From a virus: a stretch of DNA of 64,000 nucleotides. Every line of letters starts with the position of its first letter. The first letter of the stretch is position 1. Made by a program: the position numbers and the translations under genes. The DNA lies in the IMG/VR virus record IMGVR_UViG_3300046369_001149, positions 4,800 to 68,799 of that record. One strand, 5' to 3'. Shown piece after piece: positions 37,553-45,917 of this stretch. The notes under the pieces were generated by a model. That model saw nothing but the letters and a program-made list of their open reading frames with translations, was not told the DNA's origin and did no database searches.

Positions 37553-38103
37553 TGAAAAAAATATTATTCATACTTGGTATTGGTGGAATAAGTTATGCTT
37601 TATATAGCTACTTCACTAAACAACTTTCTTTAGCTTTAGATTGGGATTTTAAAGTTAAAGGAGTTAAGGTACTATATATAGATAAAAAAAGAACAAAATT
37701 GAACCTTACAATTTCAGTATATAATAAGTCAATATTTGAACTGCTTGTGAAAAATTATGATTTAGATATAATTTATGAAAATGTAAAAATTGGTAACGCA
37801 AAAACCTCAACACCATTTACTGTTAAGGGTGATTCTTGGTTTGATGTTCCAACAGTAGTAGATATACAATTTGATTCAGCTAAAGGAATACTCGATGAAT
37901 TTGGACTTAATTTACTTATGGAAAAGCCAATGTATATTGATGTAAAAGGAGATATGAATGTTCAGTTTTCTAATATAAACAAGAAAATAATATTTAATAA
38001 AAAAGACATTTTACTAACAGAAAATTTAGGCAAGGATTTGGGAATATCAAAACCATTATCTGACATTAACAAGTTTTTAGATAAATTAGGTATAAAAATA
38101 TAA
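37552..38103 (+). CDS. LEA_2/WHy-domain membrane protein
   Basis: N-terminal TM, then L.ISVYNKS.F.L.V..YDLDI.YEN.KIG. Confidence 0.7.
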   Translation: MKKILFILGIGGISYALYSYFTKQLSLALDWDFKVKGVKVLYIDKKRTKLNLTISVYNKSIFELLVKNYDLDIIYENVKIGNAKTSTPFTVKGDSWFDVPTVVDIQFDSAKGILDEFGLNLLMEKPMYIDVKGDMNVQFSNINKKIIFNKKDILLTENLGKDLGISKPLSDINKFLDKLGIKI

Positions 38104-38136
38104 TTTATTTTGAAAAATAAAATTTAAATTTGTAAT

Positions 38137-38400
38137 ATGAAAAGAAATCAGAAGATAGCAATAGGAGTAGGAGTAGCAATACTGCTATACTTTTTATGGA
38201 TGAAATCAAAAGATAAAAATAAGGTTGCTGAAACTTTACCCATTGATGATTCTGACAAAAAAAACGAGGACACTACAAAAGAAAACACACAAACAAAGCC
38301 AAAAATTGACACTTCTGACATTCCAACAGAATGTTTAAGCGGTTTTACTGTTAATGGAGAGCAATATTTTATAAAAGACAACGAATTTCAAAAAAAATAA
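38137..38400 (+). CDS. N-anchored membrane protein
   Basis: TM IAIGVGVAILLYFLW. Confidence 0.6.
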   Translation: MKRNQKIAIGVGVAILLYFLWMKSKDKNKVAETLPIDDSDKKNEDTTKENTQTKPKIDTSDIPTECLSGFTVNGEQYFIKDNEFQKK

Positions 38401-38427
38401 TATCATTAAATTTATAAATTTGTAACT

Positions 38428-38895
38428 ATGGCAACTATAATATCAAAAGAGGAATTTCTTAAAGCGTGTAATTTAAAACTAAAAAAAGACCAATCTGATA
38501 AAGCAGATGAAGAACGCAGACGTAGGGAAGAAGAAGAACGCAGACGTAGAGAAGAAGAAGAACGCAGACGTAGAGAAGAAGAAGAACGCAGACGTAGAGA
38601 AGAAGAAGAACGCAGACGACAAGAGGAAGAAGGAAGAAAAAGAAAGGCAAACGCTGAATGGGATGCTTGGTATAATTCACTACCAACATCTTGTAAAAAT
38701 GGTTTTGTTTGGAATAATTTTCAGTATAGCGTAAATAAATCAAGTCGTACAGTTACTAAAACCCCTTTACTTGGCGACCCAAGAGGAAAAATAGGAATTG
38801 ACCCAAGATATTTAAGAGATATAAGAACAAGAGATGATGTAAGAGCAAATGTAAGATTTAGCGGTTTTATAAATGAGGAATTAGGATTAATTTAA
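38428..38895 (+). CDS. protein with (E4R4)n single alpha-helix
   Basis: EEEERRRR repeats. Confidence 0.65.
   Translation: MATIISKEEFLKACNLKLKKDQSDKADEERRRREEEERRRREEEERRRREEEERRRREEEERRRQEEEGRKRKANAEWDAWYNSLPTSCKNGFVWNNFQYSVNKSSRTVTKTPLLGDPRGKIGIDPRYLRDIRTRDDVRANVRFSGFINEELGLI
38509..38622 (+). repeat. 24-bp tandem repeat, about 4.7 copies
   Basis: gaagaagaagaacgcagacgtaga units. Confidence 0.9.
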
Positions 38896-38904
38896 AATAA
38901 ATTT

Positions 38905-39237
38905 ATGACAACCATAAGTACAGATGAATTTAAAAGGGCTTGTGATAATTATATCAAATCTTTAAACAATAAAGATAAAGGTAATAATAAAACATTGCCA
39001 AGAGGGTGCAAATCAACATTTTCCGATGGTTTAACAATGTATTATTGGAACAATGGAAGCCCATACGTTATTCGTAATATTAGAGAATATAATCAAGATT
39101 TTGGGATTGATTTCCGTAATTTGAGCAAATCAAGTAGAAGAACTTACATAAGTGTAGGTGCTTTTGAATCTGCTTGTAGAAGAAGTGGCAACAATACTGA
39201 TGATAAAATTAATATATTTAAACCAATAAAACGTTAA
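38905..39237 (+). CDS. Cys-containing protein related to 38428
   Basis: IS.EEF..AC and LP..C...F motifs shared. Confidence 0.6.
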   Translation: MTTISTDEFKRACDNYIKSLNNKDKGNNKTLPRGCKSTFSDGLTMYYWNNGSPYVIRNIREYNQDFGIDFRNLSKSSRRTYISVGAFESACRRSGNNTDDKINIFKPIKR

Positions 39238-39632
39238 TGATATTTCAAAAGACACAAAAAATAATGAATACGGGTATTGGGAAATATAGTCGTATTAACG
39301 AAGTTACAGAGGAACAAACGCAGATACTTGTCAAAGCAGAAGGTGAGGATAAAGTAAATTATACCATTTGTAGTGAATGGAAACCTAAACAAAGTGTTTC
39401 TTTTAAAGAAATTATGGATGTAAGGGTAGATTTATTAGGTTTCGAGATGTTGGCTTCTCCTTTTTTAAGAAAGAGTGTAGATATGTATTCCAACTATTAC
39501 AAAACAAATACTGATGATATGAATTTGTTTATTTTTAAAAAAGATAACAAACTTGGATTAGCAGTATATGAAAAAAATAATTTTAAAGAAATTCTCACAT
39601 TAGAAAAACAATTTGAACGATTAGGAATATAA
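39237..39632 (+). CDS. hypothetical protein
   Basis: 131-aa ORF in operon. Confidence 0.55.
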   Translation: MIFQKTQKIMNTGIGKYSRINEVTEEQTQILVKAEGEDKVNYTICSEWKPKQSVSFKEIMDVRVDLLGFEMLASPFLRKSVDMYSNYYKTNTDDMNLFIFKKDNKLGLAVYEKNNFKEILTLEKQFERLGI

Positions 39633-39636
39633 TATT

Positions 39637-39912
39637 ATGGCTCAAAGAAAACCTACAACAAATAAAATTATCCACGATGATTTAGGGTGGATTAAAGATA
39701 AGTTGTCTGAAATAGATGTAGATTTGAAATTACTAAAACAAACTGTTATTGGTAATAAAGAATACGGACAAAAAGGATTAGTTGAGCAAGTTAATGAGCA
39801 TAGAAAATATATAGAAGCTGACAAAAATTTAAAAGCAAAATTTGTTGGCGGTACAACAGTTGTTGGTGTAATTTGGACTTTATTATTAAAGTTTTGGGAT
39901 AAAATATTTTAA
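39637..39912 (+). CDS. coiled-coil protein with C-terminal TM
   Basis: GQKGLVEQV motif, C-terminal hydrophobic segment. Confidence 0.55.
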   Translation: MAQRKPTTNKIIHDDLGWIKDKLSEIDVDLKLLKQTVIGNKEYGQKGLVEQVNEHRKYIEADKNLKAKFVGGTTVVGVIWTLLLKFWDKIF

Positions 39913-39919
39913 AATATAA

Positions 39920-42826
39920 ATGGCTATAACAGTATCAAATCCGAATAATATAACTTCTCCAATAGGGAACGCTTTGGCTATTTTCAAAGATTCTTCTACA
40001 AATAATTTTTTTGTAGTTGATATAAATGGAAAAACTGAAAGTTTAGAACGTGCTTTAGGTCAAGAGAGTCTTCAAGAGGTTTTAGATGTTGGTAATTCTG
40101 CATTACAAGATATGACTGTAAATGGCAAAATTACTTTTGGTGAATCAAATACGAATAATGGTACAAGAAGTTTTATAGCGGGGAGTTCTAATACCATTTC
40201 AAGCGGGAATAATTTTGTTATAGGTGATAGTAACACAAATTCGGGTGTTGAAGGCATTGTAATTGGAAATAGTAACTCTCTCATTAATAATACTACTACA
40301 AGTGTACTTATTGGAAAAAGCAATAATTCATATGCAAATGAAAATGTTTACTTAATTGGAAACTCACTTGATGCACAAGATAACAGTAATACTTATTTTA
40401 TAGGTGATAACATTGATTCGGGTGCAAGTAGCAATTCGTTTGCATTTGGACAGAATTTAGACCAATTCAACTCCGATAGCTTTCAACTTCATTTGGGAGA
40501 ATTTAGTTTGGATGAAACAAAGGGGGGATATTTACAAAAAATTACAATAGGTGTTGGTCGTGATGCTTCTAATAAAGAAAATGCATTAGTTATTTGGAAA
40601 GAAACAAGTTCGCCTTTTTCCAACCTCTTTGATGTAACGGGAAAATTATTACTTAATAATTATGGAAGTGGAAATATAACGGGTACTGCAACTTATAGAT
40701 TGGGTGTTGATGTATCGGGAAATGTAATAGAAGTTTCTGATGGTGGTGGTACTGTAACTGCTATTGCTACAACTTCTCCAATTACGGGTGGTACTATAAC
40801 ATCTGCGGGTACAATAGGTATAACACAATCATCTGCATCTACTGATGGTTATTTGTCCTCTACTGATTGGAATACATTTAATAACAAAACTTCAAATATT
40901 GGTACAGTTACAAGTGTAGGTTTGGGAACGGGTACTGTTGGAACAGATGTTAATGTAACGGGCAGTCCTATCACATCAAGCGGTTCTTTTACCTTAAACA
41001 TTCCATTTGCAAGTGCTACAAATAATGGTAAATTAAGTTCTACTGATTGGAGTACGTTTAACAGTAAGCAAAACGCTTTAACGCTTGGTGATTTAACAGA
41101 AACATCATCTAACGTACTTGTAATAATTGGGGGTGTTGGCTCTGTTATTGGCTTTGGTACTTCAATATCAGTAACACAAGCTACAACTCTATCGGATGGT
41201 TATTTATCATCTACTGATTGGAATACGTTTAATAGTAAGCAAAACGCTTTATCATTTGGTGATTTAACGGAAACTACGTCAAGCATTTTGACTATTGTTG
41301 GGGGTACAAATTCTGTTATTGGTAGCGGAACAACTATTGAAGTTGCACAAGCTAATGCTTCAACAAGTGGTTTTTTAAGTTCTACTGATTGGAATACATT
41401 TAATAACAAAACTTCAAATGTTGGTACAGTTACAAGTGTAGGTTTGGGAACGGGTACTGTTGGAACAGATGTTAATGTAACGGGCAGTCCTATCACATCA
41501 AGCGGTTCTTTTACCTTAAACATTCCATTTGCAAGTGCTACAAATAATGGTAAATTAAGTTCTACTGATTGGAGTACGTTTAACAGTAAGCAAAACGCTT
41601 TATCATTTGGTGATTTAACAGAAGCTACGTCAAGCATTTTGACTATTGTTGGTGGTACAAATTCTGTTATCGGTAGCGGAACAACTATTGAAGTTGCACA
41701 AGCTGATGCTTCAACAAGTGGTTTTTTAAGTTCTACTGATTGGAATACATTTAACAATAAACAAAACGCTTTTACGGGTACTACAAATACAATTCCTATT
41801 TTTACTTCAAGTAGCACGATTGGAGATTCTCAAATTACTGACAACGGAACAGACGTAAATATTTCTTCTAATAGAAACTTTAACGCAACAAGAAACTTTG
41901 GTTCAAACGAATTTAATGCTAAAATAGATGTCGGTAGTGGTTTAAATGCGGGTTTAGTTGCATTAGATGTAAGGCAAAAAGCATACGTTAGAGGTGGAAT
42001 GGTAATCTCGCCCAACCCAACTAATATTGAGGTAGATAATAGTTCTCTTGTTATTGGTAGTGGTTCAAATGATATAGTTAATGGTTCAGACCATTGTTTG
42101 ACAGTTGGTAGTGGTAATCAAATACTTGATGATTCTGATAGGTCAGTTTCATTTGGAAATAATAATGAATCAGTACAATCTGATAACTCTATGAATGTTG
42201 GAAATACCAACATATTAAGATATTCAAATAACTCTCACATAATTGGTCAAAACAACCAAATGGGAGATGAATACCCAAGTAATACTTCGGGTTTAAACAA
42301 TTCTTTAATAATTGGTTCAGACAATTTGCTTTTAACTGATGATGGAAGCCCCGCACCTTCAAATGGTTCATTAAGTTTTGTTATAGGACACGATAACGAT
42401 TTAAGGCATACTTTACAAAATTCATTTAGCTTCGGATATAGTATATCTAATTTAGGTCTTTCATCAACCCCACATCGAAACGATTTCAATATTGGTGGAG
42501 ATTTAATAGGGGTAAATCAAACAATGACTTTAGGTTACAGAAATGATACTACATTATATCCGACAGTAAACCGAAATGCGGGGCTTGGTGAAACAAAATT
42601 TGTAGTAGCAGTAGGAAGTAGCACAACAACAAACGCAAATGCACTCTTAATAACAGAAGGTGGTGTAAGCGGTGGTGGTGGTGGAACAGTTCCACAAATA
42701 CCAAGAATTATAATGCCAACTATTGTAAATTTCAATTACACAAATGATACAAATGCTGGTGCAAACGGAATACCGATAGGGGGATTATACCACACATCGG
42801 GAACATTAAAAATTAGATTAACATAA
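39920..42826 (+). CDS. spike/fiber (receptor-binding) protein
   Basis: LQEVLDVGN, YadA-like IG.SN repeats, six SSTDW[NS]TFN shaft repeats, IGGLYH..GTLKIR C-terminus. Confidence 0.75.
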   Translation: MAITVSNPNNITSPIGNALAIFKDSSTNNFFVVDINGKTESLERALGQESLQEVLDVGNSALQDMTVNGKITFGESNTNNGTRSFIAGSSNTISSGNNFVIGDSNTNSGVEGIVIGNSNSLINNTTTSVLIGKSNNSYANENVYLIGNSLDAQDNSNTYFIGDNIDSGASSNSFAFGQNLDQFNSDSFQLHLGEFSLDETKGGYLQKITIGVGRDASNKENALVIWKETSSPFSNLFDVTGKLLLNNYGSGNITGTATYRLGVDVSGNVIEVSDGGGTVTAIATTSPITGGTITSAGTIGITQSSASTDGYLSSTDWNTFNNKTSNIGTVTSVGLGTGTVGTDVNVTGSPITSSGSFTLNIPFASATNNGKLSSTDWSTFNSKQNALTLGDLTETSSNVLVIIGGVGSVIGFGTSISVTQATTLSDGYLSSTDWNTFNSKQNALSFGDLTETTSSILTIVGGTNSVIGSGTTIEVAQANASTSGFLSSTDWNTFNNKTSNVGTVTSVGLGTGTVGTDVNVTGSPITSSGSFTLNIPFASATNNGKLSSTDWSTFNSKQNALSFGDLTEATSSILTIVGGTNSVIGSGTTIEVAQADASTSGFLSSTDWNTFNNKQNAFTGTTNTIPIFTSSSTIGDSQITDNGTDVNISSNRNFNATRNFGSNEFNAKIDVGSGLNAGLVALDVRQKAYVRGGMVISPNPTNIEVDNSSLVIGSGSNDIVNGSDHCLTVGSGNQILDDSDRSVSFGNNNESVQSDNSMNVGNTNILRYSNNSHIIGQNNQMGDEYPSNTSGLNNSLIIGSDNLLLTDDGSPAPSNGSLSFVIGHDNDLRHTLQNSFSFGYSISNLGLSSTPHRNDFNIGGDLIGVNQTMTLGYRNDTTLYPTVNRNAGLGETKFVVAVGSSTTTNANALLITEGGVSGGGGGTVPQIPRIIMPTIVNFNYTNDTNAGANGIPIGGLYHTSGTLKIRLT
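40859..41752 (+). repeat. nested internal duplications in fiber gene
   Basis: 40859-41080 matches 41381-41602; about 41210-41401 matches 41561-41752. Confidence 0.85.
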
Positions 42827-42837
42827 ATAAAACAGAT

Positions 42838-42981
42838 ATGATTACATTGACACAAAAAGAAGTAGAAGATTTAAAAAATTTCGCAAATGAAATTCCAACA
42901 AAATATGGAATAACAATTTTGCAGTTTCTAATTGGAAAAGAAAAAGAAGAAGAAGAAAAAAACGTAGGTAAAAAAAAATAG
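42838..42981 (+). CDS. 47-aa protein after fiber (possible chaperone)
   Basis: MITLTQKEVEDLKNFANEIPTKYGITILQFL... Confidence 0.5.
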   Translation: MITLTQKEVEDLKNFANEIPTKYGITILQFLIGKEKEEEEKNVGKKK

Positions 42982-42987
42982 TATAAT

Positions 42988-43659
42988 ATGAAAGCGACAA
43001 ATTATTTAATATCGGGATTAGCGGGTGGAGTTGTAGCCCTTATAGTTTGTCGTAGGATAGGGATTTTTACAAAATCAAACATTGTAAAGCCAAAACCAAA
43101 AAAAGATAAGCCAAAATCTTCACCTAAAGGGGGTATTCCTAAACCTAAACCAATTAAAGCTAAAGAAAGTGGTGTTGGTAATTTAAAAAGTAAAAAGGGT
43201 TTAAATATGCCTTCAAGAGAAGATATTAAGCAATTAGATGTAGATAATATCTCTCAATCTGATGGTATCAAAGAAACACCTCTTACTATGGGTGATACTA
43301 CTACTAAAAGTGGTATCAACAAAATATATAGAAGCGGTGGGTTGCCACCTCGTGAAACTATGGGTGCAAGACCAAGAAAGGACATTAAAGAATTTAGAGA
43401 AGTAAAAGAAGAAAGTGGAATTAAAAACGAATTAGAAACAAAAGATGAAGTAAAAACTACTTCCACAAAACCAATGAGTACAGATTCGCTTCTTTGTAAT
43501 AGATTAAGACAAAGGTTTGGTTCAGATGCAAATGTTAATAGATATGGTCAAGTGCTTGATGGAAGCGGAAATCGTATTGGTAGAAATAGTGTTGGAATAT
43601 TAACGAGAACAAAAAAAGTTAATGAGGGGTACGTTCAAGGTGGGTGTTATGTTGGCTAA
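42988..43659 (+). CDS. N-anchored basic low-complexity protein
   Basis: TM, then a K/P-rich region. Confidence 0.6.
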   Translation: MKATNYLISGLAGGVVALIVCRRIGIFTKSNIVKPKPKKDKPKSSPKGGIPKPKPIKAKESGVGNLKSKKGLNMPSREDIKQLDVDNISQSDGIKETPLTMGDTTTKSGINKIYRSGGLPPRETMGARPRKDIKEFREVKEESGIKNELETKDEVKTTSTKPMSTDSLLCNRLRQRFGSDANVNRYGQVLDGSGNRIGRNSVGILTRTKKVNEGYVQGGCYVG

Positions 43660-43670
43660 AACTAAAAAAA

Positions 43671-43889
43671 ATGATTAACGAAAAGGCAGATAGTACAGTT
43701 TCAGAGGTTCAAAAAAGCCAAGCAGTTAGATTAGCAGATGTTTTTCTAATAGCACCTTATTTGCTTTATGTTTCGTCTAAACGAGAGTTATCCGAGTTAG
43801 ACAAAAACTTGCTTTTTGGTCTTGGTGTAGCTACACTTTTTTATAATGCTATAAATTATATTCAAAATAAAAATAAAAAAGATGAATAA
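43671..43889 (+). CDS. small two-TM membrane protein
   Basis: KSQAVRLADVFLIAP...GVATLFYN..NY. Confidence 0.6.
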   Translation: MINEKADSTVSEVQKSQAVRLADVFLIAPYLLYVSSKRELSELDKNLLFGLGVATLFYNAINYIQNKNKKDE

Positions 43890-44418
43890 ATTACCTATAC
43901 AATTACAGATATTAGAAGAATTTATTTGGAAGAAACCGCAAGTTGTTGTAGAAATTCTTAAAGATAATGGCATTAGTGTTTCTAATAAACCGACTTTTCC
44001 CGAAATTATAGATAAATCTGTAAAAGCAATTCTCGATGATAATGAAGGGTTTGTAAAAGATGTTTTTAAAGCTATTGAAACAAATGACGAAGCCAACTTT
44101 GACCCTATAACTCTTGGAGTAAGTGCTTTATTAAGTATTGGTAGTGCTATTTTTGGTTCAAGACAAGCCAAAAAGAACCGACAAGCTATGCTTAATGCAA
44201 CGCTTATGAAATTAGCAACAGAAGAAAAACTGACTTATGCTAATATACAAGCTATGAAAGAGCAAGGTCGTATTGAAATTGCAACAAATACAGTATTAGA
44301 ATATAGCAAAAACTTACAAAATAATGCTACTGCTCAATTAAGAGATACAACATTATATATCGGCATTTTGGCTATGGGATTGGCAGTAATGTATTCAACA
44401 GTACAAATCTTTAAATAA
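43882..44418 (+). CDS. virion membrane protein
   Basis: N-terminus related to 29034/29438; NFDPITL; C-terminal TM. Confidence 0.6.
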   Translation: MNKLPIQLQILEEFIWKKPQVVVEILKDNGISVSNKPTFPEIIDKSVKAILDDNEGFVKDVFKAIETNDEANFDPITLGVSALLSIGSAIFGSRQAKKNRQAMLNATLMKLATEEKLTYANIQAMKEQGRIEIATNTVLEYSKNLQNNATAQLRDTTLYIGILAMGLAVMYSTVQIFK

Positions 44419-44424
44419 AAAATT

Positions 44425-44802
44425 ATGGCTTATTATAAAAATGTTGGTGGTGCAAGTAGTGGTGCTTCTGCACCAAAAAAGTTTGACCCAACTGCATTAG
44501 CGAGTATGGGGTTTGATATGATACTTGGTACTCTTGTTGGTATGAGTGAAGCTAAAAAACAAAGGGAGTTGCAAGAGAAGATTGCCAAAATGTCTTTAAA
44601 GCAACAAAAAGAATTAGAAGAAAACCTTGTTAATGCTCAATCGCAATTAGAAAGGCAAAGAATAATGTATCAAACATTTGCGGTTATAGAAAATAGCAAA
44701 TTAGTAGATGCGAGAAAAAATAAACAATTAACTTTGCTTTCTATATTAGGTGGTGGTACTTTGTTGTTAGTAGGAATGGCAATATTTTATAAAAGAAGAT
44801 AG
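44425..44802 (+). CDS. virion membrane protein
   Basis: YKNVGG, FDP, coiled coil, C-terminal TM. Confidence 0.6.
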   Translation: MAYYKNVGGASSGASAPKKFDPTALASMGFDMILGTLVGMSEAKKQRELQEKIAKMSLKQQKELEENLVNAQSQLERQRIMYQTFAVIENSKLVDARKNKQLTLLSILGGGTLLLVGMAIFYKRR

Positions 44803-44804
44803 TT

Positions 44805-45152
44805 ATGGATAGAGAAACAAAAAACATATTAGCAGTATTAGGTGTTGCTATTGTCGTTTTGCTAATATTTAAGCCAAGCAAGTCGGGAAATAAAAGAAAA
44901 AACATATTTAGCGGTAAGAAAAACACCGAACCGCCAAAAGTAGATGGTTCAGATGATAAGAAATTTGAAAATGCAGTTATATCTATACAAGCAGTTAGAA
45001 GTGCAATAAATAATGGGGAATCTGATACGGAAGTAGATAAGCTAAATAGGATGACTTTAAAAGATTATGGCATTAAAGTATTTAGATGTAAAAAAAGTGG
45101 TAAATTAGTAGCGAGAGATACAAAGGGAGATGACATCGCAAAAGAAGAATAA
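44805..45152 (+). CDS. N-anchored membrane protein
   Basis: TM ILAVLGVAIVVLLIF. Confidence 0.6.
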   Translation: MDRETKNILAVLGVAIVVLLIFKPSKSGNKRKNIFSGKKNTEPPKVDGSDDKKFENAVISIQAVRSAINNGESDTEVDKLNRMTLKDYGIKVFRCKKSGKLVARDTKGDDIAKEE

Positions 45153-45154
45153 TA

Positions 45155-45676
45155 ATGGCGGGAACTTATGCACCAACTATTACTGTACAAGCAGAACCAT
45201 TCATCGCAGTAACAACAAGCGACCTAACCCCTTATTCTGAAATTCAAGAAACGCAAGGTGCTATTTCTTATCAAGCAACAGAACTTTATTATCAAGCTCA
45301 AACAGTAGAGCAAATAAATGCACCAATTATTGTTCAACAATATGATTCTGATGGTGTTTTAAATAATGAAAGTCGAGTAAACGTAGCAAACCCAAATCAA
45401 TTTCAACCCGTTAAAAATATAGATTTGAAATCCGAGCCAATCAATTTTGATGGAAGGACAAGAATCAATTTAGAGTTATTTCCAAATGAAAAATTAAAAC
45501 TCTATTTTAAAACACAAAGGGTTGAATCAAGTGATTTCTTAAAAGGTGGTAAAAAGTTTTTTAGTCAAGACTTTCTCAAAACCTATGGATTTTTTGAACA
45601 GTATGATTCAGAAATTAAAGGTGATATTGACGATATGGATGAACAATTAAATAAAGAAATTGAATGTGATGAGTAA
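45155..45676 (+). CDS. capsid-protein paralog (putative penton/minor capsid)
   Basis: Aligns by eye to 28246: Y.E...Y.Q....Q...D..G...P.Q.Q...DG.T.I...LKLYF. Confidence 0.6.
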   Translation: MAGTYAPTITVQAEPFIAVTTSDLTPYSEIQETQGAISYQATELYYQAQTVEQINAPIIVQQYDSDGVLNNESRVNVANPNQFQPVKNIDLKSEPINFDGRTRINLELFPNEKLKLYFKTQRVESSDFLKGGKKFFSQDFLKTYGFFEQYDSEIKGDIDDMDEQLNKEIECDE

Positions 45677-45917
45677 TGTTGCTACAAAAAAATATAAATT
45701 ATTTTACTCTAATGACAAGTCCATAAAATTTGTCTTTTTTGGAGATAGTTACTCTGTTACACCATTTATAGTGTTTGAAACAGACACTTATAGCGAACTC
45801 GTTAATTATATTTATGATGAGAATTTATATGAGGATAAAAATTCTTATATAGATTATGAAACATTAAAACAAGTTGAGGTAAATGTAAAAGAAACTCTTT
45901 TGAAATATGATGATTAA
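45669..45917 (+). CDS. hypothetical protein
   Basis: Short coupled ORF. Confidence 0.5.
   Translation: MSNVATKKYKLFYSNDKSIKFVFFGDSYSVTPFIVFETDTYSELVNYIYDENLYEDKNSYIDYETLKQVEVNVKETLLKYDD

Noticed and set aside
38386-38430. Programmed frameshift or readthrough fusing 38137 to 38428 at the A8 run
   Set aside because: All three frames hit stop codons before ATG 38428
41200-41817. 205-aa antisense ORF and other short antisense ORFs in the track
   Set aside because: Overlap stronger genes on the opposite strand; explained by repeats and codon bias
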